In this document: positions 13,202 through 30,400 of the stretch, one piece after another
How the letters are laid out: each line of letters begins with the position of its first letter
How positions within the stretch are numbered: position 1 is the first letter of the stretch
NCBI GenBank assembly: GCA_900088475.1
Contig: FLMG01002763.1
Coordinates: 62,001-126,000, forward strand
DNA from: Hyphochytrium catenoides
Lineage: Eukaryota; Protista; Hyphochytriomycota
DNA length: 64,000 bases
Direction of reading: 5' to 3'
The notes under the pieces: generated by a model
The model's input: only the letters and a program-made list of their open reading frames with translations
The model's database searches: none
Told to the model about the DNA's origin: nothing
Made by a program: the position numbers and the translations under genes

Positions 13202-13236
<35 letters not shown>

Positions 13237-13255
13237 GTCTCTCCTCTCTTCTCAT
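13038..13255. repeat. (CT)n/(CCCT)n microsatellite tract; short (GA)n tract at ~13335-13365
   Basis: Visible directly. It explains the spurious ERERER and SLSLSL ORFs. Confidence 0.95.
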
Positions 13256-14118
13256 ATCTCCCTCTGCCCAGTTCCTACCAGGACCACCTTATGTCAAGCC
13301 ATCAACCTCCGTTATCTAGTAGAACGGAAACGATGAGAGAGAGAGAGAGAGCGAAAGTGAGAGAGCCGACAGCACCCGCATCAAAACTCTCTTCTCTCCT
13401 TATGTACATGTCTCCACCCATCTATCGGGAAAGCAGTGGGTGGCCGCATCATCCATCCGCTGTCTTCCCTTTCTTTCCTTCCTGCCTTTTATCCCTATCT
13501 CTTCTCATCTCTCGCCTGTTTCTTTTCTCTCCTGCCTGCGTCTCTTCCTCTTATCTCTACATCTTTTTTCTTATACTACATCGCCATAGGTTTGTCCCGA
13601 AAAGTGCAGGATAATTTTCTCCTTTCTTGATCTCTGTCGATTCTTCTTTGAGCCCAGCCTTTCCTTTTATAAGATGCGCCTGCCGTCGGACGTCTCTTTC
13701 TTCCCTTTCTCTCTCTTCATCGTGTCTTCCATTTCTCTTGGGCTTTGAGGCCCTAAAAGGGCAATAGCGGCTGCAGCTTACGAGCCTTACTGATCGTCCC
13801 AGTTTGCTTGGCCAAAAGAAAGGGACAACNNNNNNNNNNNNNNNNNNNNNNNNNNNNNNNNNNNNNNNNNNNNNNNNNNNNNNNNNNNNNNNTCTAGCGC
13901 CATAAGTGCAAACAAGGCCCTAGCCTGCTAGCTGGAGCTTGTTGAGTCTACCGATGCTTGGTCATTGTGAGTTTCTTTCTAGTCTAGTGCAGGGCCTTGC
14001 CGCTCTGTGAGATTAAGAGTTTGATCCGATAGCCAGACGAGGCTTTTTATCCTCAGCTATGCAGCTATATTCCTTTTCTGACGGACCACAATAAGCCCAA
14101 GGGCTTACTATTGAGGCA

Positions 14119-17100
14119 ATGCAGGCCGGACGGACCGTCTGGTACAGTTCCGCAGACAGAGTCTGGGAGCGCGGGGTGGTTGCGGCTGTGAGGCACGATG
14201 AGGAGAGGAAACTGGACTGGATAAAGATCCAGTTGGACAAGTCCGTGGCGACATGCTCAGTTCCTCAGGGACAACTAGAGACGGGGACTCTCAAACCCTG
14301 CAACTTCTATGCAGAGGTTAGGAGCATGAAAGAAGAAGAATCCCAGGCATCGGCCCCATCTCTGTTCATCCTTTTCTGCCTCTCTTTCTTTCTTTCTTCC
14401 TTTGTCTCTTCCCGTGCCGTGCTTCCATCGTTTCTTTTGGGTTTCGTCCGTTTGGTGAGGATTCCCTTCCAGTATCCAGACAGCGCTGACATCTCCACTA
14501 CTGTTACAGAAGGAGGAGCCTGCGATGGACTCCGTGTTGCTGGCCGACCAAGATAAAGAGAACGAGCGCTACGGAGAGTCCATGGCGCGGGTGGAGGACC
14601 TGACAGGGCTGACTCACCTTCATGAGGCTGCAATCCTTGAGGCTCTCCATCAGCGGTTCCAAAGAGATCTCATCTATACCTTTACTGGTAAGTCCGTCTC
14701 ACTCTTTTCGCACTCTTCTTAGATGGCTTCCACGTCGCGTTATGTCTCGACCTAGCTTTGCTCCGGAGACTTGAACCCCATGTGGTCACTTTTTGACCTC
14801 TTTGGTCCCCCATGTAGGCCCAATCCTCCTTGCTGTCAATCCGTTCAAGGAACTAGGCCTTTATACTGCAGAGCAAGTGCAGAAATACCTGGAAGCAGGA
14901 GAAGCCACCGAGACGGGAAAGGATAATGATTCCACGCTGTCCCCTCATATCTTCTCTGTGGCGAATGCAGCTTACCGGTCGATCCTGCGAGAGACAGAGA
15001 GTGAGGGACCTGCGAACCAAATCCTCCTCGTCAGCGGGGAGAGTGGAGCTGGAAAGACGGAGGTCCGTGCCGCTGTGCCTGTCTTTCTGGTCCTCTGTAT
15101 CTTTCTCGGCGTCGATATAGTCCACATATTTCTGCTTCTGTACCTCAACGTACCTCTTCCTATCCCTAAAAGAAAGTTCAGTTTCCTTCAGCTACTTACC
15201 TCTGCGCCTTTCTATGGACAATGGTAACTTGCCGCTAAAACCTTCGAACGCTGCTGTGTCTCGCCCTACCTCTCATATCACCTCAGACAACTAAGTTTAT
15301 CATGAGATACCTGGCAAAGGCCTGTGAAAGGGCAGCGCAAAGAATACAAGGAGGCAAATTGTCAGACCGACAGCGCACAATTGATGAGAAAATCCTTCAG
15401 TCTAATCCCATCCTCGAGGCATTTGGAAACGCCAGGACAACGAGAAACAACAATAGCAGTCGCTTTGGGAAGTTCATTCGTATGCAGTTTGGAGCTTCTC
15501 ATTGTTCCGATGCTCCAGCGGAAACTTGTAAGGGCATGCTGGTGGGGGCGTCGATAACGACATACTTGTTGGAGAATGTAAGGGTTGTGAGGCAGGGAGA
15601 AGGGGAGAGGAACTTCCACATCTTCTACCAGCTGCTTTCTGGCGTCACTGAGAAGGAAAGAGAGCAATGGGGTCTCGAGAAAGACGTAACAGCGGCAGAT
15701 TATCATTACCTCAGCCAAGGAGGGGTGGGAGGTGATAGTCGAGAAGACGCGGCGGCTTTTGTCAACTGCCGACAGGCAATGGAGGTGCTCAACATCCCAG
15801 AGACAGAACAAATGGAGCTTTTTCGTTGTCTGGTGGCCATCCTAAATCTGGGAAATGTGGACTTTGAACCTCTTGCCGATGCAAATAATGTAAGTCACTT
15901 ACAAAGGAATAAGAGCCGTGGGGGCAGAGGGCTGGGGCCAGAAATCAGCTGTACAAGGGACTCGCTTGATATAAGTCGAGAGGGAGGCTAACCTCAGCGC
16001 ACTTCCAGGAGCGCGGATGTTCCTTCAGCATTCCGTCTCGGGAGTCTGCTAGGAAGGCTTCCTTGTTGCTCGGAGTTACCTTCGAGTTCTTGGAGACCTC
16101 GCTCTGCTCCAGGATGATAACTGCAGGTAAGATCTTTCAAGAAGGATCCCCGACAAGGGGCATTAAGACCTAGCCGCTAGTCCTCGAGAAACGATAGATA
16201 GCCTGTAGGCACGTACTTTTTAAGAGCCTACCGACTTAGCCAGCTAGATGTTTGGGCCTTGCTTTCAGCTAGTAATTTCCTCTTTTGCTACTTTCACCGC
16301 CCATTCCCCGCATTTCTCACTTCGTCTACCTATGTTCCATGTCTCCTTATGACGTCTCAAGGTTCGGACAAGTGCTATATGAAGCTCGATCCAGAACAAG
16401 CTTCATACACTCGAGACTCCTTCGCAAAGGCTCTTTACGGGAGGATATTCTCTGGACTAGTGGCTAGGATAAATGACTCCATCCATTGTCAGACTTCCGA
16501 GTACGATAGCTTCATTGGAATCCTGGACATCTTCGGATTTGAAGTCTTCTTGCAAAACAGTTTTGAACAGCTGTGCATCAACTACGCTAATGAGAAGCTG
16601 CAATATCAGTTCAATGAGGTGAGAGTTGGAGAAAATTACTGACGGCTCCTAGGGCGATATACATTGACTGAGATCTGGGAAGCGAGGTGGGGCTGCAGAC
16701 GGAGAGGGCAGTTAAAAGAGGGAAGGCAAGAGTGCAAGCGAATAAGATCACTTAGACGGAAGGAGAGGCGTTCGGTCAGACCTGACCCTTATTTGTTCCT
16801 TCCTTTGTCCCTACAGGTGGTACTGGCCAGAGAGCAGCTGGAGTATCAGGCGGAGGGAATAGAGTGGGAGGTTGTTTCTTTCTCAAACAATGCGGAATGC
16901 TTGCAGCTTCTGGAGGATCGCCACCATGGTCTTCTGGCATTGCTTGATGAGCAATGTCTTGTACCTAAGGTAATATGCGTAGAAGGTTTAATTGGAAGGC
17001 ACTTTTGTTATAACACTAAGAGCCATAGAAGTGACAAGATACGTTACATACCCTGATATTGTTACCGCTTGGCTCTAATGCCGTTGCCTACATCTTTCTT

Positions 17101-20100
17101 AGGGCAACGATGTCAATTTTGTGCGCAAACTATACGAGAAAGGCGTGAGCCACTTCGCTTCCTGTCTCACCGCCTCCAGTAGGGAAAAGGCCTCCCACCA
17201 CTTTGTTGTTCATCACTATGCTGGTGCGGTCAGATACTCCTCCCAGGGTTTCTGTGAGAAGAACAAGGACAATCTGAGCCCAGAGTGTGAGAAGCTTCTT
17301 GCCTCATGCCACCTTCCTTTGGGGCCAGGAAGTAGAGGCAGAGTTAGCTTGCCAAAACAGAACACGTAAGAACGTAATACTCGGTACTTGATGGCCGCCT
17401 CGCATCTGCTAATGGATAAGTTTCTCCTTCTCTCTCCGTTCCTCTAGTCCTAGCCGGACCCCTCAGAGGCTCCGCACAGCGTTGCGTACAGCAAGCGTAG
17501 GATCCCAATTCAAACAGCAGCTTCAGGACCTAATGGATACAATCAGCTCAGCTAAACCGCACTATGTCCGCTGTCTTAAGCCGAACGATGAGGTTACTGC
17601 ACAAAGCAGCCATCATAGCTATGGCCAAACTAGGAGGAAAGGAGGGGCTGACTATAAAGTGCGCTTTGATCGGGAGCGGGTGGTTGATCAGCTACGGTAT
17701 GGAGGTGTTCTAGAGGTGGTGAAGGTGACCAGAGGCGGCTACCCTGTCAGGATGTCCCATGAGAGCTTTATTAAGAGGTTCGTGTACTCTTCCCCTTCCA
17801 GTGTCTTCCTTAGCCTGCATTTTCTGTGTCTCTCTAACCATCGTACTTTTCATGCCCACTTTACTCTTGAATGTTCTTTCGGCGTATTGGCGCTTAACTT
17901 CAATCTGTCTTGCCAGGTACCAGCTATTCCTCCCTCAAGTGCGGAAGAAGACGGCAAGAGAGAAGAAACTCGACGTGTTAAGCGCGAAGGTTGCCATTCC
18001 TTCTTTGCCGAACAACCAGCTGTTGCGGTTTAATATGGCGGTGAGAGTGGCAACATACGTCTCGGACGCTGTCTTTGGTGATAGGGAGCAAGATGGGTCG
18101 ATTGCGCTGGTAGGATGGTTCATTGATCTTTTTTATGACTTGCTTGATGTAACTTTTCCCTCTAGTTGTCGCTTCGACATCTGCCCATGGTTCTTTCTTT
18201 TCCTCCGTCTATCCCTTGTCCCTCACTCACTCTTGCTTGTTCGTTATCCTTCATTGCTGATCCTTTCACTTGAATCTGCAACGTCCTCTTCTCTCTCTCT
18301 TCCGTATATCCGTCACCGCTGATCCTGGCCTCTGCCCTCTTTCTCTATCTCTCGTTTGGGATGTCATCCACCATCATCAAGATGTGCCTCTCTTTGCTCT
18401 TGGAACTTATCAAGACTCATTTTATGCCACACTCTCTTCTACCTTTATATGACACCCTCTTTTTGAATTCGTGACCGAGGGGTGCTCCTAACTTATGACC
18501 TTTTTCAATAGGATGAAGCCTCAAACTCCCGCGGCCTGTTAACTGCGGCTGGCCTCCAGGTCGGCAGCAGTAAGGTGTTCTTCAAAAAAGGAGTCCACGA
18601 GATGCTGGAGGGAGGAAGGAATCAGAAGGTAAGGCAAGAAAAGATTAGCGCATCCTCTTGAAGCGCTATCGTCATAGGTGGAATAGCCGTCCTAAGATCT
18701 TTTCTCTCTTCTTCGCTCATCGATATTCACAGCTCGCTAAGTGTGCCAGCGATATCCAAAGAGTATGGAGAGGGCACAGAGCCAGAGCTATAAGAGAAAA
18801 AACGCTTCAAAATATCATCTTCTTCCAAGCCGCCTGTCGGTCCTTCCTCCTTTTCCGTCGCATGCTTGGCAGGACGAGGAAGGATAAGATCGAACAGCGT
18901 AGGAGGAAGGAGGCAGTTGTCGTCTTGGTCAGAGTCTTCCGATCCTTTCTTGCGCGGATATCGTTCGTGAAAAAGAGGAGTTCGGCGAGAAAGATTCAGC
19001 GGGCTTACAGAAAGTCGAGAGCGTTAGGGGCCCTCTCTACCCAGGCGAAACAACACCATGAAGAGAGAGAGGAGGAGGATGAGTTTAATTTACACGCGGA
19101 AGAGATCGACATGGCGCATTTGCCGAAGGTATGCAGGGCCTGCGTAAGAGTTCTGGTACCTCTGCTTCTCTCCCGTCTTTCGACCCTCTTCAACTGGACT
19201 CCTCTTCTTCTCCGCTGGTCCTACGGTCTTAAAACCCTCCTTCATTTCAGTTCTGGTTTCTGGTGTCTCGTGCTCTATCTCCACAAGCATTTTGTTAAGA
19301 CATCATCTGGCTCCTGCAGTCGGCGTCCCAGTATTCCCTACGCCCTTGTAGCAGTCTTGGCAGTTTGTGCAGCACAGAAAGCCATCGGAACTGTGTGCAG
19401 GAGCTACGGCTTGACATTGAGGAGTTGCAAGAGAGGCACAGAGCTATCACTACCGACATCAGAAAGGAGATTTTGCTCCTATCCGAATACACATCCTATC
19501 TTAAAAAGGTTCCCGCTTCAACCCTCAGTAGGGACAAGAGGAGGAAAAGGTCAACGAGGGCATATAGGGTCAGACTATCAGGAGAGAAGAATTCTCTTTC
19601 TTCTCCATCTTCTCTTCCAGTGGATTCGGAAGAGGAGATGGCTGGACATGTGGGCCTTCCAATAGAGGAGGTAGGCTCTCCAGTGTTACTACTACGACAG
19701 GGGAAGCGGGCGGAGACCTTTGACGACGAGATGGCGATTGCGGAGGAAAACCACGAAGAGAAGGTTGATATGGCAAGCCCGCTTCTAGGAGTAAGGGTAT
19801 TGCCCATGGAGCTGGAAAGTGTAAGGAGGACGCGGACGTTCTCGCTAGCCTTGAGCGAGGATTCCGTGGTGGATAGCTATGAAGAGAGAGACTACAGCGA
19901 GAGGACTGTAGGAGAGAGCTTAGTTCTCTCTACGGTCTCTTCTTCTTGCCCTCCCTCCCCTACCTCTCTCTCTTCAGCTTCTGCCGCCCCGCCGTCTGGT
20001 CAGGACGTGGAGGTAGCATGGCAAAAAGCACTAGGGAAAGAGGGCCAGAAGGAACACCCCGGAAAGAGTCTCGAGCACCAGAAGCGCTCCAAGCACACAG

Positions 20101-21680
20101 TCCGACAACCTGGAGAGGGGGAGAAGACTGAAGAGGAGCTGGTGGCCGCAATTCTGCGCGGTCACGCAATGACTGCTGCCAAACTCATGGAGTCTCCAAT
20201 GGGTACCTCTATGATGCTTACAAAAAGTCGAGAGGGGCTGTATCCTCTTCATCTGGCTGCACAGGTTGGCGATCTGGAAACTGTCAGGCTCATCCTTCTC
20301 AGAGGCATAGGAAGTAACAGCAGAGACGACTTAGGTAAGCAAAGAAAATGCTACATCTCCCTCCGGCTCTAACAATCTCCTTGACGGCGTCTCTGCCATC
20401 TCCCTCGTCAGAATAAAAGGTATATTGTTTCCGGTGCTAAGCTCGTTTATGTTTCTGTAGGTCGCACTGCTTTGCACTACGCTACGGACAAGAAAGTGGT
20501 CGAGTTGCTTCTGGGCAATGGTTGCAACCCTGACGCGAAAGATTGTACAGGGAGGACTGCCTTGCATTTTGCTGCAGAGAGAGGAGAGCATGAGGTTCTT
20601 CTCTCCCTCCTGAATTACGGCGCCGATCTCTTCCTTCAAGAAAGCTTGGAACAGAGGACGGCCCTTCACTTGGCCATTATGAACGGCCATCGCAGCATTG
20701 TGAGCGTTCTACTAAGGCCAACTCCAGCATCTTCATCTTCTTCACGTGCCTCTTCCGCATCTCACAATTCCGCTTTGTCAACTCAAAGAAGGCTGGTCGA
20801 AATTGCGGATGGGCGAGGAAATACTGCTCTGCATTACGCAGTCCAGAACCTCACCAAGACTGGAGAGAAGATTCTCCGTCTAGTACTGGGGGCCGAGCCA
20901 AACTTAGACTCGACGAACAAGAAGGGAATGGCCCCTCTTCATGTGCTTCTTAGGGCCGAAGAGAGATTTTTCTCTTCACCGCCCTCTCTCACTACATCGC
21001 CTGAGGGACTAAGAGATTTGCCTGAAGTGGAGGCTATGGGCGCAGTTGAATCGTCTTCTTCCCTTTTCCAAATGCTCCAACATCTTCTCTCTGCCGGTGC
21101 AAGCCCGAACATCCAAACAGGAGCTGGGCTTACTCCTCTTCACATTGTGGCAGACCGAGGTCTTCCTGTCCGCGTTGCCGCTTCACTAGTGCAGAGTGGG
21201 GCCAGTCTGAATATTCCGGACAAACGCGGGAGAATCTTCTCAAAATACGTTAAGGAGAGTGTTATTTCCCGTCTCCTTCCATTGCTGTCGCCTCGTTCCA
21301 CCCGCCCCGTGTGGGTCCTTGACAGCGACTGCTCTTCATGCATGATCTGCGAGAAAGAGTTCAACGTGCTTAAGAGAAGACATCACTGCAGGATCTGTGG
21401 GAGAATTTGCTGTTCTGACTGCTTCTCCCTTCTAGTGACAAAAGAGTGCCCGAAGGAAAGGAAGACAAGAGCGTTTGTTCAAGAACAAAGTCCTCTGAGT
21501 CTGCGTGAGGCGGCACCAGATATCGCTGTCTTGGCTGCCTGTGAGAGAGAGAAGGGGCAACCTCTGCTCGCCTTTCCTACAAGTACGAAAGTGCAGAGAG
21601 TGTGTTTGCAATGCAAAAGTGTACGGGCAGAAGGAGGGTCTGGGCCATCCGATGTGTCGGAGAATGCGATTTTGACGTGA
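14119..21680 (+). CDS. Unconventional myosin: SH3-like N-terminus, motor, 3-4 IQ motifs, short coiled coil, ankyrin repeats, C-terminal FYVE finger (multi-exon)
   Basis: P-loop GESGAGKTE|[22 protein letters not shown], switch [20 protein letters not shown] motifs [11 protein letters not shown] and [10 protein letters not shown]. Ankyrin motifs GRTALHY, GRTALHF, RTALHLA, GNTALHY, GLTPLH. FYVE WVLD..C..C...[16 protein letters not shown]...RVCLQC. Exons join in phase with GT-AG introns. Confidence 0.95.
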
Positions 21681-22373
21681 GAGGCAGTGGAGCAGACGGC
21701 AGCTCTTTTTTTCTAAGTTATTCTTTATTTATCGCGGTAGGTTAGCGCAGAAATACTGTAGTGGATAGGGCAAAAAGTAGTAGAGCAGCGTAGTTGAGAG
21801 GTTCTGATGCAGATAGAGATAAGAGTAATTGGAATAGTAGGGGAGAGAGAGAGAAGAGAGATACTGGAAGAACCTAAAGGTGTTAGACTGACTGACAATA
21901 GGTTAAGGGAGTATGAAGTATAAGGCATCCGTAGGAGTAGAAGTAGCTAGGAACTCAAATTGCAAGTCACTTGTTGGAGTCAATAATTCATCCGGCCCCA
22001 TGGCCTCTGTCGTCTGTTTTTAGTGGTGGCCCTTGAATTTAAGGTAATGAAGAATAGCTCCGGTCAGGCGACCATAAGGATAAATTATGAGACCTGACAG
22101 GGCCGGAGACGCAGCCAGAAAGCCATCGTGCGCTTAGGCATCCTGGAGTCCAGAGAGTAAAATATGCTAGAACTTGAGCCTCGGAGGCATGGTTTATCTG
22201 CCTTTGAGGGCTGCCTTCGAGGGCTGGACATGGATCTCTAGGCTAAAGACATAGGAGAGACAGAAGAAGGCCTACTCCTCCCCGAGGGCATCTGCTGGTG
22301 CCACGTCTACATCCTCCTCGGGGCCTGGACATGGATTCTCTAGGCTAAAGACATAGGAGAGACAGAAGAAAGC

Positions 22374-26656
<4,283 letters not shown>

Positions 26657-27444
26657 TTCCTTAGATCTCTCAGAGGAGACAAGCAAGGTCTTCAGCCGTC
26701 GATGCCTCGCCCGGCTTTCCCACTCGCTGCTTCCTTGGTCTCAAACTGCAGTTGATCGCTGGCTAGCGTCCTGAGATGTTCCCTCCAATCTTGACTCAAG
26801 GTCCAGCAGCCTCTAGGACGTCTCTTCTTGGCAACACAGAAGATTGCTGCTCGGTCTGCAGACAAAATAATGTTGATAAGTCCAGAACCCGTAGGCAGCA
26901 AGATGTGATTGCTCCTGTCCCCTCCAACCAAACACCGTCACTCGTGGCCGATACTGGAGGAGATCTGATACTTCTTATTGATGTGTCCCTTTGACTTGAA
27001 GAACTGCTGCTTCAGATGATGGTCTCGGAATAATTGAAGTTTGGAATTATTGAAACCATTAAGACTGAAACCTTCCTTTCCTCTGTGGTTCACAAGGACC
27101 ATTTGGAAAATTCCAAATGAGCTTATTGCCGAAAGGTTCCCGGTGGAGTTCTGATCCAGTAACAACTGAAGTGAAGAGCTTTCTGGCATGAGAACGATCA
27201 ATGACAGACTGGGCCAGATCTACCGAGTGCTAGTCCATTGCTTAGACTCCAATCCATCAACAGAGACGAAAGAGCTGCGCATCTTGGCGGGTGAGAAGGG
27301 AATGGAAGCAGCTTCAGCCCGGCAGAACGATACTCTCTGAATTCAATTATTAGGTCGGGTGCAGGGCTCCTTCCGACAACTTTTGCCTTTTTTGTGGTTT
27401 ATTGGTGGGCTCTATCATAGCGACTCTTTGGACCAAACAGTAGC

Positions 27445-30400
27445 ATGTCCTTCCATAAGCTGCCAGCAGAAGCAACCCAACAAAGCTTTGGCTTCTCTCG
27501 AGCTCAGCTTTGTGATCTGGTAGCTAAGAGAGACGGTGAGTTGTCCTGTTGCCAGGCACGATAAGATGACGCTCATTCTTGCTTTCGTCCCTGGTGCACG
27601 GTGCTTTATGCAGATCAAGGCTTCACAGGGTTACCTGCTTATGGAGGAGTCCATGGTATAGCAGAAGCACTTCGTGTCACGTTGGATCACGGCCTCGTAG
27701 ATGATGAGAGTAGCATTGCCAGGTTTGTACCTACAAGTTTTAATATACCACTCATGGAGGGCTTTCTATACCTTACGAGGTGCCCGCATAGCCGTCAGGC
27801 AACTTTTGGTTATAACGTAATGCCCCATAAGAAGGTCAAGACCCTATGGGATCATCTCAGACTTGCATTCCAAGACCTTACAATCCGAGTCGTCTTCGTT
27901 GCGGGACTTCTGTCTCTCATCCTGGGAGCTGCCTTTGGCGACGAACCAACCATTGACTGGCTGGAGGGTATGGTGAATACCATTCGAAACAAATTTCAGC
28001 GAGATTTATTGCACTCTTTTCAGGGTTCGCGATCTTGGTCACCGTGGCCCTTATAGTGGGCATTAGCGCGATCAATAACCTTCGAAAGGACAAGCAGGTA
28101 CAATACAGAAGCTAAGCATTGTGTCATAAACAGCCAGAATGGGTTACCGACTGAGTGCATGATTTGTTAGTTCCGAGCCCTAAATGATCTAAAGGAGGAT
28201 GTCTCTGTCCCTGTGCTACGGAATGGTTTCATCACCAGGATCTCAAAGTTTAACCTTCTCGTAGGCGACATTGTTTTGATCGAGGCAGGTAACCTTACGG
28301 AGATATGAAGACAACATAGCTAACAATCATCTCGCAGACAGGGGATATCGTTCCTGCCGATGCGATTGTCATTTGCGGTTCTGAGCTCTCTCTAGATGAG
28401 AGTCTCTTGACAGGAGAGTCGTGTTTGGTCCCCAAGGATGCCGTTACAGATCCATTTTGTCTCAGCGGAACTAAGGTACAACTCCTGCTTGTCCCTACTC
28501 ACTATTACTAGGTCTATCCACATTACTCTTCCTGACTCAGGAGTATTGGCACTTTCTTTCATACAGGTTATGTCAGGCACTGGACGAGCGCTAGTCATAG
28601 CTGTGGGGCAGTACTCGCAAGAAGGACGTATTCAGAGTCTGCTGCTGGCGAGTGACACACCCATGACCTTGGATAGGCTTTCTAATGACTTCGAGGACGG
28701 AGATACATCTGAAGAAGAGTTAATGGAAAGAGGTAATACCTGAGCCAAAGCATAGCTTTTGCAAACCTCACACAAGACAATGGCAGGTTCAGTTCTACTA
28801 GAGTCCTTTCATAGCGCGCCAGGTAAAGAGGATAATACTGGGAAGAAGGAAGGTATGTCTCGCCAAGGATCGTTCGTGGAGTTCCTATATGAACTTAAAC
28901 TCACCAGCTTGTCTTGTTGGCAGTTTCTGATGGCCTCAAGGTAAAGGGCCTTCGTTCTACTTGGAGAGAGGTCCACTTTGTGTTGACGCTGCTAATCGCA
29001 GACTCAGCGCTTTCCACTCCAGCGAAAGCTAGACAGGCTGATGCTAGCAATGGCTCGGATTGGTATAGTCCTCTCATTTTTGACGGTGGCTGGCCTAATC
29101 ACCAGGTATTTCTTGGATGTCTATGTTTTAGAAGACGAAGAGCAGGTAGGGTTACAGTTCGCATCGGGCTGCTCAACATACCTCACTAAGTCTAGCGATT
29201 GCAGGAAATAAAAGCTAGCGATGTTCTGACCGAGATTCTGGACGCCTGCATAATGGGTATAACCATTTTGGTTGTGGCAATCCCTGAGGGCCTGCCACTT
29301 GCAGTCACTATCGCCTTTACCTACGCCGTAAGAAGGATGTTGAGGGATAAGAACCTTGTGCGCCATCTCAGCGCTTGTGAAATCATGGGCAGTGCGACCA
29401 CTATTTGCTCTGACAAGACTGGAACTCTGACGATGAACCAGATGACTGTCATGAAAGTTTTGGTTGGCGGCCGCCTTGTCAGTACCGGTTTGCAAGATTT
29501 GGTATGTGTCTCGTGAAGGCTCACTTCAAAATAACTCCCGCGTGTCTAACCCTTGCAACGTGCAGGTTGCACCTGTCGTGGTTGATGAGCTGAAGACCGC
29601 GATCGCGGTTAATAGCACCGCCTCCATCACAACATCAGCAAACCAGAAAACTGAACGGATTGGAAGCCCGACGGAATGCGCGGCATTGGCGTTTATTGAC
29701 GCGTTGCCCGGTCAAAATTACGAAGTTATCCGCAAAGGTTTGTCTGAGAGGACGAGATGCAGTTTGCCGACCTACTCTGATCACCATCTCTCAGATCGAC
29801 TTGCTCTTAAGCTATTCCCTTTCAATCACGTGCGGAAACTCATGTCGACGGCCACGAAAGCAGTTGACAGCTCTGGCTATGTCCTCTACGCGAAAGGGGC
29901 CGCCGAGATGCTTATAGAGGGGTGCTCAGACATGTATTTAATGGACGGAGCACGGCAGAAGGTCGGGCCAGAAGCGAAGGCGACACTGCTAAAAGGTAGA
30001 CTTATATACTGATTGGGGCTGCAGGGCTCGTGCTCATACGTAGTTGCTGGACAGACGTCATGATGTTGGCTTCAGATGGCTACCGCGTGCTAGCTGTAAC
30101 AAGAAAGGCACTGCCTGACCTAAATATTGAAGAGGACGGTGAGATAAGAACCGTCAGTGGGCTGACGAATGTAGAATTCACTTCTCCTCTTCAAAATGCA
30201 GAGGCACTAGGCGGCTCAACCCTAATATGCGTCCTTGCTATCGAGGACCCCGTGCGACCAGAGGTCCCTTCTGCCATCAAGATGTGTCAGGAGGTAATGT
30301 GGTCTCAGAGGATGTGGATAGCTTTAATTGCTTATCTAGCTATATCGCAGGCCGGCATTGTGGTGCGCATGGTAACAGGGGATAACGTGAACACCGCAAG

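Noticed and set aside
12971-13614. ERERER and SLSLSL ORFs
   Set aside because: Translations of the CT microsatellite.
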